DNA of 64,000 bases, from positions 59,636 through 123,635 of the forward strand of contig JBNGDC010000004.1 in the NCBI GenBank assembly GCA_049975485.1, read 5' to 3'. The first letter of the stretch is position 1, and each line of letters starts with the position of its first letter. The notes under the pieces were generated by a model, which made no database searches, was not told the DNA's origin, and worked only from the letters and a program-made list of their open reading frames with translations. This stretch comes from Phycisphaerae bacterium. Its GTDB lineage: Bacteria; Planctomycetota; Phycisphaerae; SM23-33. Made by a program: the position numbers and the translations under genes. Shown here one piece after another: positions 39,571 to 48,966 of the stretch.

Positions 39571-40869
39571 ATGACGCAACTTGAGCAAGCCAAGGCCGGC
39601 AACATCACAGACGAGATGCGGCGTGTCGCTAAGCGCGAGCACATTTTGCCGGAGAAAGTCCGCGACGAGCTGGCGGCCGGTCGGCTGGTGATCCCCGCCA
39701 ACAAGCGTCACCTCGCCGGCTGCGACGGCGACAGGGGCAAGCTGGACCCCATCGGCATAGGCCGGGCCGTCAGCACCAAGATCAACGCCAATATCGGCAC
39801 CTCCTCGGTCAGCAGTTGCAAGGACCACGAGCTGATCAAGCTCACCTGGGCGACCCGCTACGGCGCCGATGCCGTCATGGACCTGTCCACCGGTGGAGAC
39901 CTGGACGAGATACGCGAGTACCTGTTGGCGAACAGTTCAGTGCCGCTGGGGACCGTACCGCTCTACTCGGTAATCGCCCACAAGCCCATAGAGGAAGTCA
40001 CCCGCGACGACATGCTCTCGGCCATCCGCCGACAGGCCGAGCAGGGCGTGGATTTCTTCACCATTCACGCCGGCGTGTTGCGGAAGCACCTGCCACTGGT
40101 GCACAAGCGGCGGCTGGGTATGGTCTCACGAGGCGGCAGTCTGCTGGCGAAGTGGATGGTCTACCACGACAGCGAGAACCCGCTCTACGAGATGTTCGAC
40201 GAGATAAGCGCGATCATGCGTGAGTATGACGTCGCGTATTCGCTGGGCGACGGCCTGCGGCCGGGCTGCCTGGCCGACGCGTCCGACGAGGCCCAGTTCG
40301 CGGAGCTGGACACCATGGGCGAGCTGGTCGCCCGCGCCCGAGAGGCCGGCGTCCAGACCATCGTCGAAGGCCCCGGGCATGTGCCCTTCGATGAGATTGA
40401 GCGGAACATGACGCGCCAGCAGGAAGTCTGCGACGGGGCGCCGTTTTACGTGCTCGGGCCGGTCGTCACGGACGTTTTCCCCGCGTACGACCACATAACC
40501 TCCGCTATCGGCGCCACGGCCGCCGCCTATTACGGGGCGAGCTTCCTGTGCTACGTGACACCCGCGGAGCATCTTTCGCTTCCGAACCCTGAAGAGGTCA
40601 AGCAGGGGTGCGTGGCCTATAAGATAGCCGCCCACGCCGCGGACATTGCGCGCAAGCTGCCCCAGGCGCGCGACTGGGACGACAGGATGGCCGACGCACG
40701 GGCCAACTTCGACTGGGCCGAGCAGTTCCGCCTGGCCTTCGACGGCGAGACCGCACGCGACATCCGCCACCGCGACATGGAAGACGATGCGGACTTCTGC
40801 TCCATGTGCGGCCGCGAGTGGTGCGCAATGCGCATCAGTCGGGAACTCAAACAGCAGGCCGGCAAGTAG
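39571..40869 (+). CDS. thiC: phosphomethylpyrimidine synthase
   Basis: GIGRAVSTKINANIGTS, DLSTGGDL and the C-terminal CSMCGREWCAM (CX2CX4C radical-SAM-like) motifs are diagnostic ThiC blocks. Confidence 0.95.
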   Translation: MTQLEQAKAGNITDEMRRVAKREHILPEKVRDELAAGRLVIPANKRHLAGCDGDRGKLDPIGIGRAVSTKINANIGTSSVSSCKDHELIKLTWATRYGADAVMDLSTGGDLDEIREYLLANSSVPLGTVPLYSVIAHKPIEEVTRDDMLSAIRRQAEQGVDFFTIHAGVLRKHLPLVHKRRLGMVSRGGSLLAKWMVYHDSENPLYEMFDEISAIMREYDVAYSLGDGLRPGCLADASDEAQFAELDTMGELVARAREAGVQTIVEGPGHVPFDEIERNMTRQQEVCDGAPFYVLGPVVTDVFPAYDHITSAIGATAAAYYGASFLCYVTPAEHLSLPNPEEVKQGCVAYKIAAHAADIARKLPQARDWDDRMADARANFDWAEQFRLAFDGETARDIRHRDMEDDADFCSMCGREWCAMRISRELKQQAGK

Positions 40870-41120
40870 AATCGCTGGTCGCGAATTGCGAATCGCGAAC
40901 TGGCTCTGGACCAGCCGCGACCGCGAGGGAGCGGACAAAGCCGGCAGAATCGGAAGCTGCCCGGGGTGATGTGCCTGCCGGGGGTATCTCGACGAAACGG
41001 ATTTCCATGCTTTGATATCGCGCGGGGGGCGGTATAGGATTTGTCCAAGTTCCGGCACCGCCTATGCCGACCAGTTCTGATACAGACGACACGAAGCAAC
41101 TGCAGCGAAAGGACGGAGCC

Positions 41121-42158
41121 ATGCGACGGATTTTTGCCGGCCTGGTGTTGACGGGTTTGGCCTGCGTAGCCGGTGGTTGCGCTCATGACAGCTACGCACA
41201 GGCGGACATGGAGCAGGCGATTGCCCGGTACGAGGCGAACCTTGCCCCGGCCGGCGAGCCACTGGCGGCGGCCGGCCGGCGGAACGAGCGCGGTGCGGAA
41301 GTAAGGACCGATGCCGACGGCGGGGGAATCAAACTGCTTATGGCGGCCGCCGAAGGCGACGGTCCGGGCCAACCCACCGAGGCGACCGTGCCCGATGCCG
41401 GCGAGCGGCCGATGCCCAGGTACGTCCATTGGAAGGAGCGTCGCGGGCCTGCCTATCCGGACGACTTCTGGCGCTCCGTGGGGCGCGACCTGCAGGAACT
41501 GCCCGCCACCATGTGGGACGACACCAAGGCCACCGTCTCCAACAACACGTCCCTGGTGCTGCTGGCGCTGGCAGGAGCGGGAGCGGCTCTCAGCGGAGAT
41601 TGGGGAAACGACTGCGTCGAGGAGCACTACGACTATCCCAACGGTTCACAGCTCAACACCACCTGGGACAGCGTGGGCGGTTTCTTCGGCAGTCCGGCGT
41701 TTCACTTTCCGCTGGCCGGGGCGATGTACGCCACGTCGCTCGCCCGCAACGACGTGAAGAACTACGAGATATCCAAAACACTCATCAATGCCCTTGCTCT
41801 GAACGGCATGACCACCATGGCGCTTAAGGTGGCCGCACGCACCGAATCGCCCAACGGCGACGAGTTCGGCTGGCCCAGCGGGCATACTTCCAGCAGCTTT
41901 TGCTTCGCGGCCGTCATGCACGAATCCTACGGACCGTGGGTGGGCATTCCGCTGTACGGGTTCGCAACATTCGTGGCCTATGAGCGTGTGGACGCTCGCA
42001 ACCACGACTTATCCGACGTGGTTTCCGGCGCCTTTTTGGGGATAGCGATCGGCCATGCCGTCGCCCGCAACCACCAGCCGCGGATACTGGGCATGGACGT
42101 GGTGCCCTACGCCGATCCCCGCGGCGGCACGGGACTGGCACTGCTGAAGAGATGGTAG
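41121..42158 (+). CDS. PAP2-superfamily phosphatase lipoprotein
   Basis: Lipoprotein signal LACVAGGCA. PAP2 motifs PSGHTS and ERVDARNHDLSDVVSGA (SRxxxxxHxxxD-like). Confidence 0.7.
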   Translation: MRRIFAGLVLTGLACVAGGCAHDSYAQADMEQAIARYEANLAPAGEPLAAAGRRNERGAEVRTDADGGGIKLLMAAAEGDGPGQPTEATVPDAGERPMPRYVHWKERRGPAYPDDFWRSVGRDLQELPATMWDDTKATVSNNTSLVLLALAGAGAALSGDWGNDCVEEHYDYPNGSQLNTTWDSVGGFFGSPAFHFPLAGAMYATSLARNDVKNYEISKTLINALALNGMTTMALKVAARTESPNGDEFGWPSGHTSSSFCFAAVMHESYGPWVGIPLYGFATFVAYERVDARNHDLSDVVSGAFLGIAIGHAVARNHQPRILGMDVVPYADPRGGTGLALLKRW

Positions 42159-42245
42159 TTGCGAGGCAGCAGGCAACAGGCAGGTGTTAGGTCGTAGGTC
42201 CCAGGTTGCGGACGGGGTCCGGCAATACCGGCGCGAGCGCTAAAC

Positions 42246-42301
42246 GGTTTAACTGCTTAACGGCTCAACTGCTGAACCGATTAACCAGTCAACCAATCAT
42301 C
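42246..42301. repeat. tandem array of seven degenerate octamers NNNTNAAC (GGTTTAAC TGCTTAAC GGCTCAAC TGCTGAAC CGATTAAC CAGTCAAC CAATCATC)
   Basis: Read directly. In the convergent intergenic region between the PAP2 and acyltransferase genes. Confidence 0.5.
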
Positions 42302-42306
42302 CAGCC

Positions 42307-43242
42307 CTACGCTATTCCGTCCGGCCCGCGCTGCTCGCCTCTCGGTCGGTGTTTCCATCGTCGGTGGACCCAGAGATATTGCTCGGGCGCCTTTTTGATA
42401 CCGTCTTCCAGCGCCTTGTTGTACTGGCGGGTAATCCACCGCAGGGGGTCGTCGGCTTCGGCCCATTCGTGCGGCTCGATGATCCGCTGCAGCTCCATCT
42501 CGAAGGTGAAGGGCTTCTCCAGGCGGCGGGCGGTTACCACCGCCACCGGCGCGTCATACTGCATCGCCAGAAGTCCCGGCGCCTTGTAGGTGCTGGCCGC
42601 CCGGCCGAAGAAGTCCACGTACAGGCCCTTCCTGCCGGCGTCCTGGTCTGCGACGAACGATACCGGCATGTTCGCCGCCAGCACCCCGTCCAGTTCCTCG
42701 GTGGCGCCCTTCTTCGACAGCAGCCGCAGCCCGCGGTGCTCACGGACGTTGCGGACGTAGGCGTCTAGGTACTTGTTATCCAGCGGGCGATACAGCGCGA
42801 CGCTGCGAAACCCCAGAGCCGCCAGCGTATAACCGGCCACTTCCCAGCCGCCGAAATGTCCGGTGATGACTATCGTGGGGCTTTCGCGGCGCAGCAGCAG
42901 CCGCACGAACTGCGCCACGCCCTTGAGCCGGATGTGCCGCCGCCACCTGTAGGGTGTGACCATACGCGGCGTGAACAGCATCTCCACGCCCAGGTACATC
43001 ATGTGCCGGAACGACTCGCGGGCTGTCGCCTGCAGGCGTTGCTCGTCCCACGACGGGAAGCTCCGCCGCAGGTGTTCCACCGCCCGGATGCGATGCCGCC
43101 GGTCCAGGCGATATACCAGGTCGCCCAGAAAGCGGGCCGTCCGGTAGTTCTCCTGAAGACCGAATATGCTGCCAATCACGCCCAGCATCCGCAGTGCGGA
43201 ATACTGGAGGTAGTCGATCAGCTTGTTGCGTGGCTTGGCCAT
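42307..43242 (-). CDS. lysophospholipid/lipid A acyltransferase (LpxL/HtrB-like family)
   Basis: ITGHFGGWE (HX4E-type acyltransferase motif H-F-G-G-W-E) and overall similarity of length and motifs to lauroyl/myristoyl acyltransferases. Confidence 0.8.
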   Translation of the reverse strand: MAKPRNKLIDYLQYSALRMLGVIGSIFGLQENYRTARFLGDLVYRLDRRHRIRAVEHLRRSFPSWDEQRLQATARESFRHMMYLGVEMLFTPRMVTPYRWRRHIRLKGVAQFVRLLLRRESPTIVITGHFGGWEVAGYTLAALGFRSVALYRPLDNKYLDAYVRNVREHRGLRLLSKKGATEELDGVLAANMPVSFVADQDAGRKGLYVDFFGRAASTYKAPGLLAMQYDAPVAVVTARRLEKPFTFEMELQRIIEPHEWAEADDPLRWITRQYNKALEDGIKKAPEQYLWVHRRWKHRPRGEQRGPDGIA

Positions 43243-43288
43243 GCGGTCCCGAAAGGCGCTTCGACGGCGCAGATGCTCTGCAGCCGGC

Positions 43289-45037
43289 CTACCCTTGCAG
43301 CGGACTGAGCATTTCGTCCAGCATCCGGCGCGTCTCGGCCACCGCGTCGGCGACGGGCACTACGGTCGGCTCGGCGTCGGTGCGGCGCTTTATCTCGACG
43401 TTTCCCTCCTTCAGCCCGCGGTCGCCCACCACCACACGCAGGGGGATGCCGATAAGGTCGGCGTCGTTGAACTTCACGCCCGGCCGGGCGTCGCGGTCGT
43501 CCAGCAGCACGTCCACGCCGGCCGCCGACAGCTCATCGTATATCCGCCCGGCAGTCTCGGCCACCTGCTCGCCGCCGCCCAGTTGCAGCACCTCCACCTC
43601 GAAAGGCGCTATCGTGGGTGGGAGTATGCAGCCGTTGTCGTCGTGGCCGACCTCGATCGCCGAGGCGAATATGCGATTCACGCCGATGCCGTAGCAGCCC
43701 ATGAGGCAGTGCTTCTCGGCGCCGTTTTCATCGAGGAAGGTTGCATCCAGGGGCTTGCTGTACTTGTCGCCGAGTTTGAAAACCTGACCCACCTCGATGC
43801 CGCGACGGAAGTGCAGCGGCTTTCCGTCGTGGGTGTCGCCCTCCACGGCGTTGCGGATGTCCATAACGGTTACCTTGTCGCCCTCAAGGGGGAAGTCGCG
43901 CCCCGGCACCAGGTTCCGGACGTGGTAGTCCGTCTTGTTGGCGCCGGTTATGCCGTAGCCCATGGCCGCCACTGCGTGGTCGATAATAATCCTGTCCACC
44001 CGCTCCAGGAGTCCCTGGGGGCCCGCGAATCCCACCTCCGCGCCGGTTACGCGCCGGATGGTCTCCGCGCCGGCCAGTTCTATATGACGGCCCTGAACGG
44101 CTCGGGTCAGCTTCTCGTCGTTCAGATCATGGTCTCCCCGTGCCAGGACCACGACGGTCTCATCGCCGACGACGTAGATCAGCGTCTTTATCATCTCCGC
44201 GGGGCTGGTCCCCAGAAATTCGCAGACGGCCTCGATGGTGCCGACGTTTGGCGTGTGGACCTCCTCAGGCGGGGGCGCCTGCTCTCGCGCCGCCCGGGCC
44301 TCGGCCGTCGGCTCCAGCGCATCCACCTCGGCTCTCTCCAGGTTGGCCGCATACGAGCCGTCCTCGGTAAAGACGATCACGTCCTCACCCGACTCACAGG
44401 GCACCGTGAACTGGTGCGATTCGGCCCCGCCCATCTCGCCGGTTTCCGCCTCCACGATCACACAGGGAACGCCGCACCGCCGGAAGATCCGCTCGTAGGC
44501 CTCATACATCCGCCGGTAAGATTGCTCCAGCGACTCGGCGTCCGCGTTGAAGCTGTAGGCGTCCTTCATGATGAACTCACGGCTGCGAAGCACGCCGAAG
44601 CGCGGGCGGAACTCGTCGCGGAATTTGAAGCTCATCTGGTAGAGGTTCACCGGGAGCTGCTTGTAGCTGGAGATTTCCGCCGCTGCCAGCGAAGTCACCA
44701 TCTCCTCGGCCGTCGGGGCCAGCACGTTCTGCCGCCCGTGACGGTCTGTGAAGCGGCACATGGTCTCGCCGTAATCCACGTCGCGACCCGTCCGCTGCCA
44801 CAGCTCGATGGGCTGGACGGCCGGCAGCAGTATCTCCTGCGCGCCGGCGGCGTCCATCTCCTCGCGGATGATCCGCATGATCTTGCGCAGACACCGCCAG
44901 CCCAGCGGCAGGTACGCGTATGTCCCGCTGGCGACCTTGCGGATGAACCCCGCGCGTATCATCAGCTTATGCGAGGGGATTTCCGCCTCGGCCGGGACTT
45001 CCTTGACCGTCGGTATAAGCAGCTTCGAGTATCTCAC
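43289..45037 (-). CDS. proS: prolyl-tRNA synthetase (bacterial type with editing domain)
   Basis: MRYSKLLIPTVKEVPAEAEIPSHKLMIRAGFIRK is the canonical ProS N-terminus. Class II motifs 2 and 3 (FRDEFRPRFGVLRSREF, GCYGIGVNRI) are present. Confidence 0.95.
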   Translation of the reverse strand: MRYSKLLIPTVKEVPAEAEIPSHKLMIRAGFIRKVASGTYAYLPLGWRCLRKIMRIIREEMDAAGAQEILLPAVQPIELWQRTGRDVDYGETMCRFTDRHGRQNVLAPTAEEMVTSLAAAEISSYKQLPVNLYQMSFKFRDEFRPRFGVLRSREFIMKDAYSFNADAESLEQSYRRMYEAYERIFRRCGVPCVIVEAETGEMGGAESHQFTVPCESGEDVIVFTEDGSYAANLERAEVDALEPTAEARAAREQAPPPEEVHTPNVGTIEAVCEFLGTSPAEMIKTLIYVVGDETVVVLARGDHDLNDEKLTRAVQGRHIELAGAETIRRVTGAEVGFAGPQGLLERVDRIIIDHAVAAMGYGITGANKTDYHVRNLVPGRDFPLEGDKVTVMDIRNAVEGDTHDGKPLHFRRGIEVGQVFKLGDKYSKPLDATFLDENGAEKHCLMGCYGIGVNRIFASAIEVGHDDNGCILPPTIAPFEVEVLQLGGGEQVAETAGRIYDELSAAGVDVLLDDRDARPGVKFNDADLIGIPLRVVVGDRGLKEGNVEIKRRTDAEPTVVPVADAVAETRRMLDEMLSPLQG

Positions 45038-45123
45038 AGTTTGCCCTCACTCAAAGGCCCGCGCTTATAGCCGGATAAACCTCTGTTTGCAAGGCGCCCG
45101 CGGGGTGGTACACTCCCTGACAA

Positions 45124-46134
45124 ATGGAAGACGACAGAATATTTGTCAACAAGCTCCGGCCCGGAATGACGGTCGATGAGGTGTTCCTGGTCCGCGAGAA
45201 GGACCTGCGGACCTCACGCAACGGCGATCTGTATGTCACCTGCACGCTGACCGACCGCACCGGCGACGTTGCCGCCCGCATGTGGCAGGCGACGCAGGGC
45301 ATATTCGACAGCATCCCCGTTGAGGGATTCCTGCACGTCAAGGGCCGCACCGACGAATACAAGGGCAACCTCCAGCTCATCATCGACGCCTGCCGCCCCG
45401 TATCTCCGGAGAAGGTGGATCTGGGAGACTACCTGGCCGTCACCGAGCACGATGTCGAGGAGATGTGGTCTCAGTTGCTGGAGATCATGCGCGAGATCAA
45501 GGACCCGCCGCTGCGCCGGCTGATAAAGAAGTTCGTGGAGGACCGCGAGCTGGTCTCGGCGCTGAAGCGTTCTCCGGCGGCCATGCAGATGCACCATGCC
45601 TTCATCGGCGGCTGGCTGGAGCATACTCTCAACGTGGCCAGGGCGGCCCGGCTGCTTCTGCCGCTGTATCCGCAGATAAACCCGGACCTGGTGCTGGCCG
45701 GTGTGTTCCTGCATGACATAGGCAAGGCGGCCGAACTTTCCGGCGGGACCACCATAAGCTACACCGACCGCGGGCAGCTCGTCGGGCACATCACCATCGC
45801 CGTCATCTGGGTGCATGAGAAGGCCCGCGAGGTCTCCGAAGAAAACGGCGAGCCGTTCCCCGAGCGGACGCTGACACTACTGCAGCACATCATCCTCTCG
45901 CATCACGGCGTGCACGAGTACGGTTCGCCGAAGCTGCCGGCCGTTCCCGAGGCGTACTTCATACATTACCTCGACAATCTCGACGCCAAGGCCTTCATGA
46001 CCACCCACCAGATAGCCGAGGACCCCGACGCCGAGGCAACCTTCACTCGCTACAACCGCTCACTGGGCACGGCCCTTTACAAGCGCAGCGGCGACCTGAC
46101 ACCAGACGAAGACGACGAGCCGACGCTCTTCTAG
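45124..46134 (+). CDS. yhaM: 3'-5' exoribonuclease YhaM-like (OB-fold + HD domain)
   Basis: N-terminal OB-fold (LVREKDLRTSRNGDLYVTCTLTD). HD domain (HHAFIGGWLEHT ... FLHDIGK). Confidence 0.8.
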   Translation: MEDDRIFVNKLRPGMTVDEVFLVREKDLRTSRNGDLYVTCTLTDRTGDVAARMWQATQGIFDSIPVEGFLHVKGRTDEYKGNLQLIIDACRPVSPEKVDLGDYLAVTEHDVEEMWSQLLEIMREIKDPPLRRLIKKFVEDRELVSALKRSPAAMQMHHAFIGGWLEHTLNVARAARLLLPLYPQINPDLVLAGVFLHDIGKAAELSGGTTISYTDRGQLVGHITIAVIWVHEKAREVSEENGEPFPERTLTLLQHIILSHHGVHEYGSPKLPAVPEAYFIHYLDNLDAKAFMTTHQIAEDPDAEATFTRYNRSLGTALYKRSGDLTPDEDDEPTLF

Positions 46135-46236
46135 CTAAACAGTTCAACAGGGAAGCCGTTAAGCAGTCAGAGAACGGTTAACCGGGGACCGTAGCATGCG
46201 GACCGTTCAAGACCAACCGACTGCTCAACGGCTTAA
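46131..46236. repeat. degenerate octamer-repeat region related to the 42246 array (AGCTAAAC AGTTCAAC ... GCTCAACGGCTTAA)
   Basis: Read directly. In the convergent intergenic region between the yhaM-like and HAD genes. GCTCAACGGCTTAA mirrors GCTTAACGGCTCAA of the 42246 array. Confidence 0.35.
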
Positions 46237-46955
46237 TGGTTTTCGGGCTCCACGCGCTCCAAACCGGCCAGCGGGAGCACCTCGCTTATCCGCTCGATTC
46301 GTTTTCCGGTCCAGTTGCGGGTCTCGTTGCGGTTGTTGATTATGTGTGCTTCCTTCGGGGGGCAGATGAGCACCGCGTCCATTCCCATCTCCGTCGCGCC
46401 GGACAGCTCCGGACTGCCGCCGTCGCCGACGAATAGGCAACGGCCGGGGTTGACATCCAGCCGCTCGCAAGCCAGCTCGTAGAACCGCCGCTCCGGCTTG
46501 CGCATGCCAACTGTCGGCGAGAACAGGGCCGCGTCTATCCGCTCGGCGAGCTTTGTCTCCGGCCAGACCTGCGGAGTCTCCGGCGGGCAGTCGCTCATCA
46601 GACCGCGCTTAAGCCCCGCGGCGCCCAGCACGTCCAGCGTGTCGGCCGAGTCCGGACGGGGTTGCATGAACCTGCGAAACATGTTGAGCCGCTCGCGCAC
46701 GGCCGCATCGATGGCGGCCGGGTCCGGCTGAATGCCCAGTTCCTCGCAGGCGGCCTGCAGGGCCGAGCGGCTGTCCGGCAGCAGCCCGATGTCGCGTCGA
46801 GTAACGAATTCGTCGTCGCGCCAGACGCCCAGAAACCGCTCGACGGTAATGCCTAACAGTTCGGCAATACGGGTGTGCGTAGCATTGAACTCCTCCTCCC
46901 GCGGGGTAGGCACCAGCGTCCCGAACAGGTCGAAGATGACCGCGTCGTATTTCAT
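46233..46955 (-). CDS. HAD-superfamily hydrolase (subfamily IA-like)
   Basis: Motif I AVIFDLFGTL; motif IV FVGDGG. Confidence 0.8.
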   Translation of the reverse strand: MKYDAVIFDLFGTLVPTPREEEFNATHTRIAELLGITVERFLGVWRDDEFVTRRDIGLLPDSRSALQAACEELGIQPDPAAIDAAVRERLNMFRRFMQPRPDSADTLDVLGAAGLKRGLMSDCPPETPQVWPETKLAERIDAALFSPTVGMRKPERRFYELACERLDVNPGRCLFVGDGGSPELSGATEMGMDAVLICPPKEAHIINNRNETRNWTGKRIERISEVLPLAGLERVEPENH

Positions 46956-47497
46956 CGCTCGCCCTCGTCCGAGAGGTCAATCCAGTACCGCCGCGTCACA
47001 CGGCCGGCCTGCTCACAGTAGCTTTCGGAGTCCAGCACGCCGCCGCACTTCTCGATTACCCGCGCCGAGGCCGCGTTGTCGCTGTCGCAGGTGATCCGCA
47101 CCCGCATGATGCAGCGCTGCCGGCACACCTCCAGCGCCAGCCCCAGCATCTCCGTGCAGTAGCCCTTGTTGCGCTCCTCCGGGCGGATGCCGTAGCCGAT
47201 GTGCCCGCCGAATTCGATAAGGTCGTCGGTCAGTCGGTGTCGCAGCGACAGCTCGCCCAGTATCCGCCCGTTGCGGAGGAGGTAGTAGATGCTCTGGGGC
47301 ACGTAGCCCTGAGGCAGTTCCCGACCGGCCTGCTGCTCGGTGCGGCGGTGCAGAAGCGCCGCGTAGTCCCGCCGCGCCAGCTCGTAGTCCGCTTCGTTCA
47401 CGTGCGAGCTGCCGGAGCGCATCGCATCCACGTAGTCCATGTACGCCTCCCGCATGCCGGGGGCGAGTTGCGTCAGTGTCAGGTTGTCGTTGCTCAT
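46952..47497 (-). CDS. GNAT family N-acetyltransferase
   Basis: Acetyl-CoA-binding motif region RNKGYCTEMLGLALEVC. Start at MSNDNL (47497). Confidence 0.75.
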   Translation of the reverse strand: MSNDNLTLTQLAPGMREAYMDYVDAMRSGSSHVNEADYELARRDYAALLHRRTEQQAGRELPQGYVPQSIYYLLRNGRILGELSLRHRLTDDLIEFGGHIGYGIRPEERNKGYCTEMLGLALEVCRQRCIMRVRITCDSDNAASARVIEKCGGVLDSESYCEQAGRVTRRYWIDLSDEGER

Positions 47498-47530
47498 GCT
47501 CGGCTTCCGTTGACGGCGGATTTGTGGGGC

Positions 47531-47563
47531 AAAAAAAAGGCCCATCCGGCAGGGACGGGCCTT
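47531..47563 (-). terminator. intrinsic terminator (minus strand): GC hairpin followed by T8
   Basis: Minus-strand reading AAGGCCCGTCCCTGCCGGATGGGCC then TTTTTTTT, immediately downstream of a small ORF. Confidence 0.4.
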
Positions 47564-47590
47564 CGACAGTGAGAGAGAAGCTCGCTCGCG

Positions 47591-47698
47591 TCAGGTCAGC
47601 CCGTCCCGCCCGGCGTAGTCGTGGCGCAGTTTCTGCGTCGTGGCCGACCGGCCGGTAAAGCGGGTATGGGATGTATTCCGACGCTTGTGTTTCATCAT
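47591..47698 (-). CDS. small basic 35-aa ORF (MMKHKRRNTSHTRFTGRSATTQKLRHDYAGRDGLT), function unknown
   Basis: An ORF followed by a strong terminator hairpin and T-run. It does not match bL34/bL36 on inspection. Absent from the ORF track. Confidence 0.25.
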   Translation of the reverse strand: MMKHKRRNTSHTRFTGRSATTQKLRHDYAGRDGLT

Positions 47699-47777
47699 TG
47701 TGCCGTTATTTATCCGTATCTAACGGCCGTGTGTCAAGGGCCTTCGTTCGTAGCCCGGCGATTTTAGGCCTATGGGT

Positions 47778-47805
47778 TTGACAGTACCACCCGGACTGGT
47801 ATGTT
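47778..47805 (+). promoter_or_regulatory. candidate sigma-70-like promoter TTGACA-16-TATGTT upstream of the SGNH esterase gene
   Basis: Read directly. A GGAGGA ribosome-binding site lies 8 nt before the ATG at 47873. Confidence 0.3.
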
Positions 47806-47872
47806 TAGCGGACCAACGCCGTAGCAGGATATTCAAGCCCCCGACGGCGCGTATTGGAGGATACCAGCAGTC

Positions 47873-48952
47873 ATGACTGACCAGAACGTAAATGCCGGCA
47901 TGGAGGAACAAGACCCGTATGCAGGCGTGGTGTGGCGCGACGGCTTCGAGTTGACGGTGGAGGGGCTGGGATGGACCGAGGACGCCGGCTCTTACGCACG
48001 CCTGCCGAAAAGGGCCGAGGGAAAGGTCGATGAGGGCGTGTGGGGCCGCAGCCGGGGGCCTGTCGGCGTCAGTGTGCGCTTTGTCACCGACGCCACGGAT
48101 ATCTACGTTCGCTGGCGACTGGCTGGCGAACCATCGCCAGGCCCACACGAGACGGTACTGGCGACTTCGGGCGTGGACTGCTACGGCCGGGCCGAGGACG
48201 GCCGCTGGCTGTGGGTAGGCAAGCAGGACCCCTGGCGGCTGCCCGAATCGGACGGAAAGCTCAACCAGACCGCACTCGACGGCGCGCTCCGCGAATACCG
48301 TGTTTACCTGCCCAAGGCCAGCGAAGTTTCGCGCCTGGAAGTGGGCATTCACGAGCAGTTCCGCTTTGAGCCGGGCGAGACGGACGACCGCCCGCCGATT
48401 GTGGTCTATGGAACCAGCATCTGCCATGGCGTCGGCGCGACCCGGCCTGGCATGGCCTGGCCGTCCATAATGCAGAGACGGCTGGACTACCCGCTGATAA
48501 ACCTCGGCTTCGGCGGCAACGGGCGCATGGAGCCGGAGGTCATGGAGTTCATCAATGAGCTGGACTACCGCCTGCTGATTGTGGACTGCCTGCCAAACAT
48601 GGGGCTGGAGAACATCACCACCAACGGACCGGCACTTGTGAAGAGCGTCCGCCAGACGCACGGCGACGTGCCCATACTGTTCGTCTCGGACCGATTGTTC
48701 GGTGACGCGGCCTTCCAGCCCGAGCGGCTCAAGACCCAGATGGGCAAGAGCGGCTGTCAGAAGCGATTCGTCCAGCGGTTTGTCGAGGCCGGCGACAGGA
48801 ATCTGCACCTCATCGAGCCGGCCAACTACTTCGGCGACGATCATGAGGGAACCGTGGACGGCTCGCACCCGACCGACCTCGGCGCCATGCGGATGGCCGA
48901 CGTAGTCGAGCCGTACGTGCGGCGGATACTCGGCATCGGGGACGGCGACTGA
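47873..48952 (+). CDS. SGNH/GDSL-type hydrolase (carbohydrate esterase-like) with N-terminal beta-sandwich-like region
   Basis: Block I VVYGTSICHG (GDS-like with Ser). GGNG oxyanion region. DGSHP catalytic Asp/His block. Confidence 0.75.
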   Translation: MTDQNVNAGMEEQDPYAGVVWRDGFELTVEGLGWTEDAGSYARLPKRAEGKVDEGVWGRSRGPVGVSVRFVTDATDIYVRWRLAGEPSPGPHETVLATSGVDCYGRAEDGRWLWVGKQDPWRLPESDGKLNQTALDGALREYRVYLPKASEVSRLEVGIHEQFRFEPGETDDRPPIVVYGTSICHGVGATRPGMAWPSIMQRRLDYPLINLGFGGNGRMEPEVMEFINELDYRLLIVDCLPNMGLENITTNGPALVKSVRQTHGDVPILFVSDRLFGDAAFQPERLKTQMGKSGCQKRFVQRFVEAGDRNLHLIEPANYFGDDHEGTVDGSHPTDLGAMRMADVVEPYVRRILGIGDGD

Positions 48953-48966
48953 AGCGCAGGCGGACC

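Noticed and set aside
47591-47698. Small basic ORF as ribosomal protein bL34 (rpmH)
   Set aside because: Only the general basic character matches. Conserved bL34 residues (e.g. the HGFR/ARM pattern) are absent. Kept only as an unknown small ORF.
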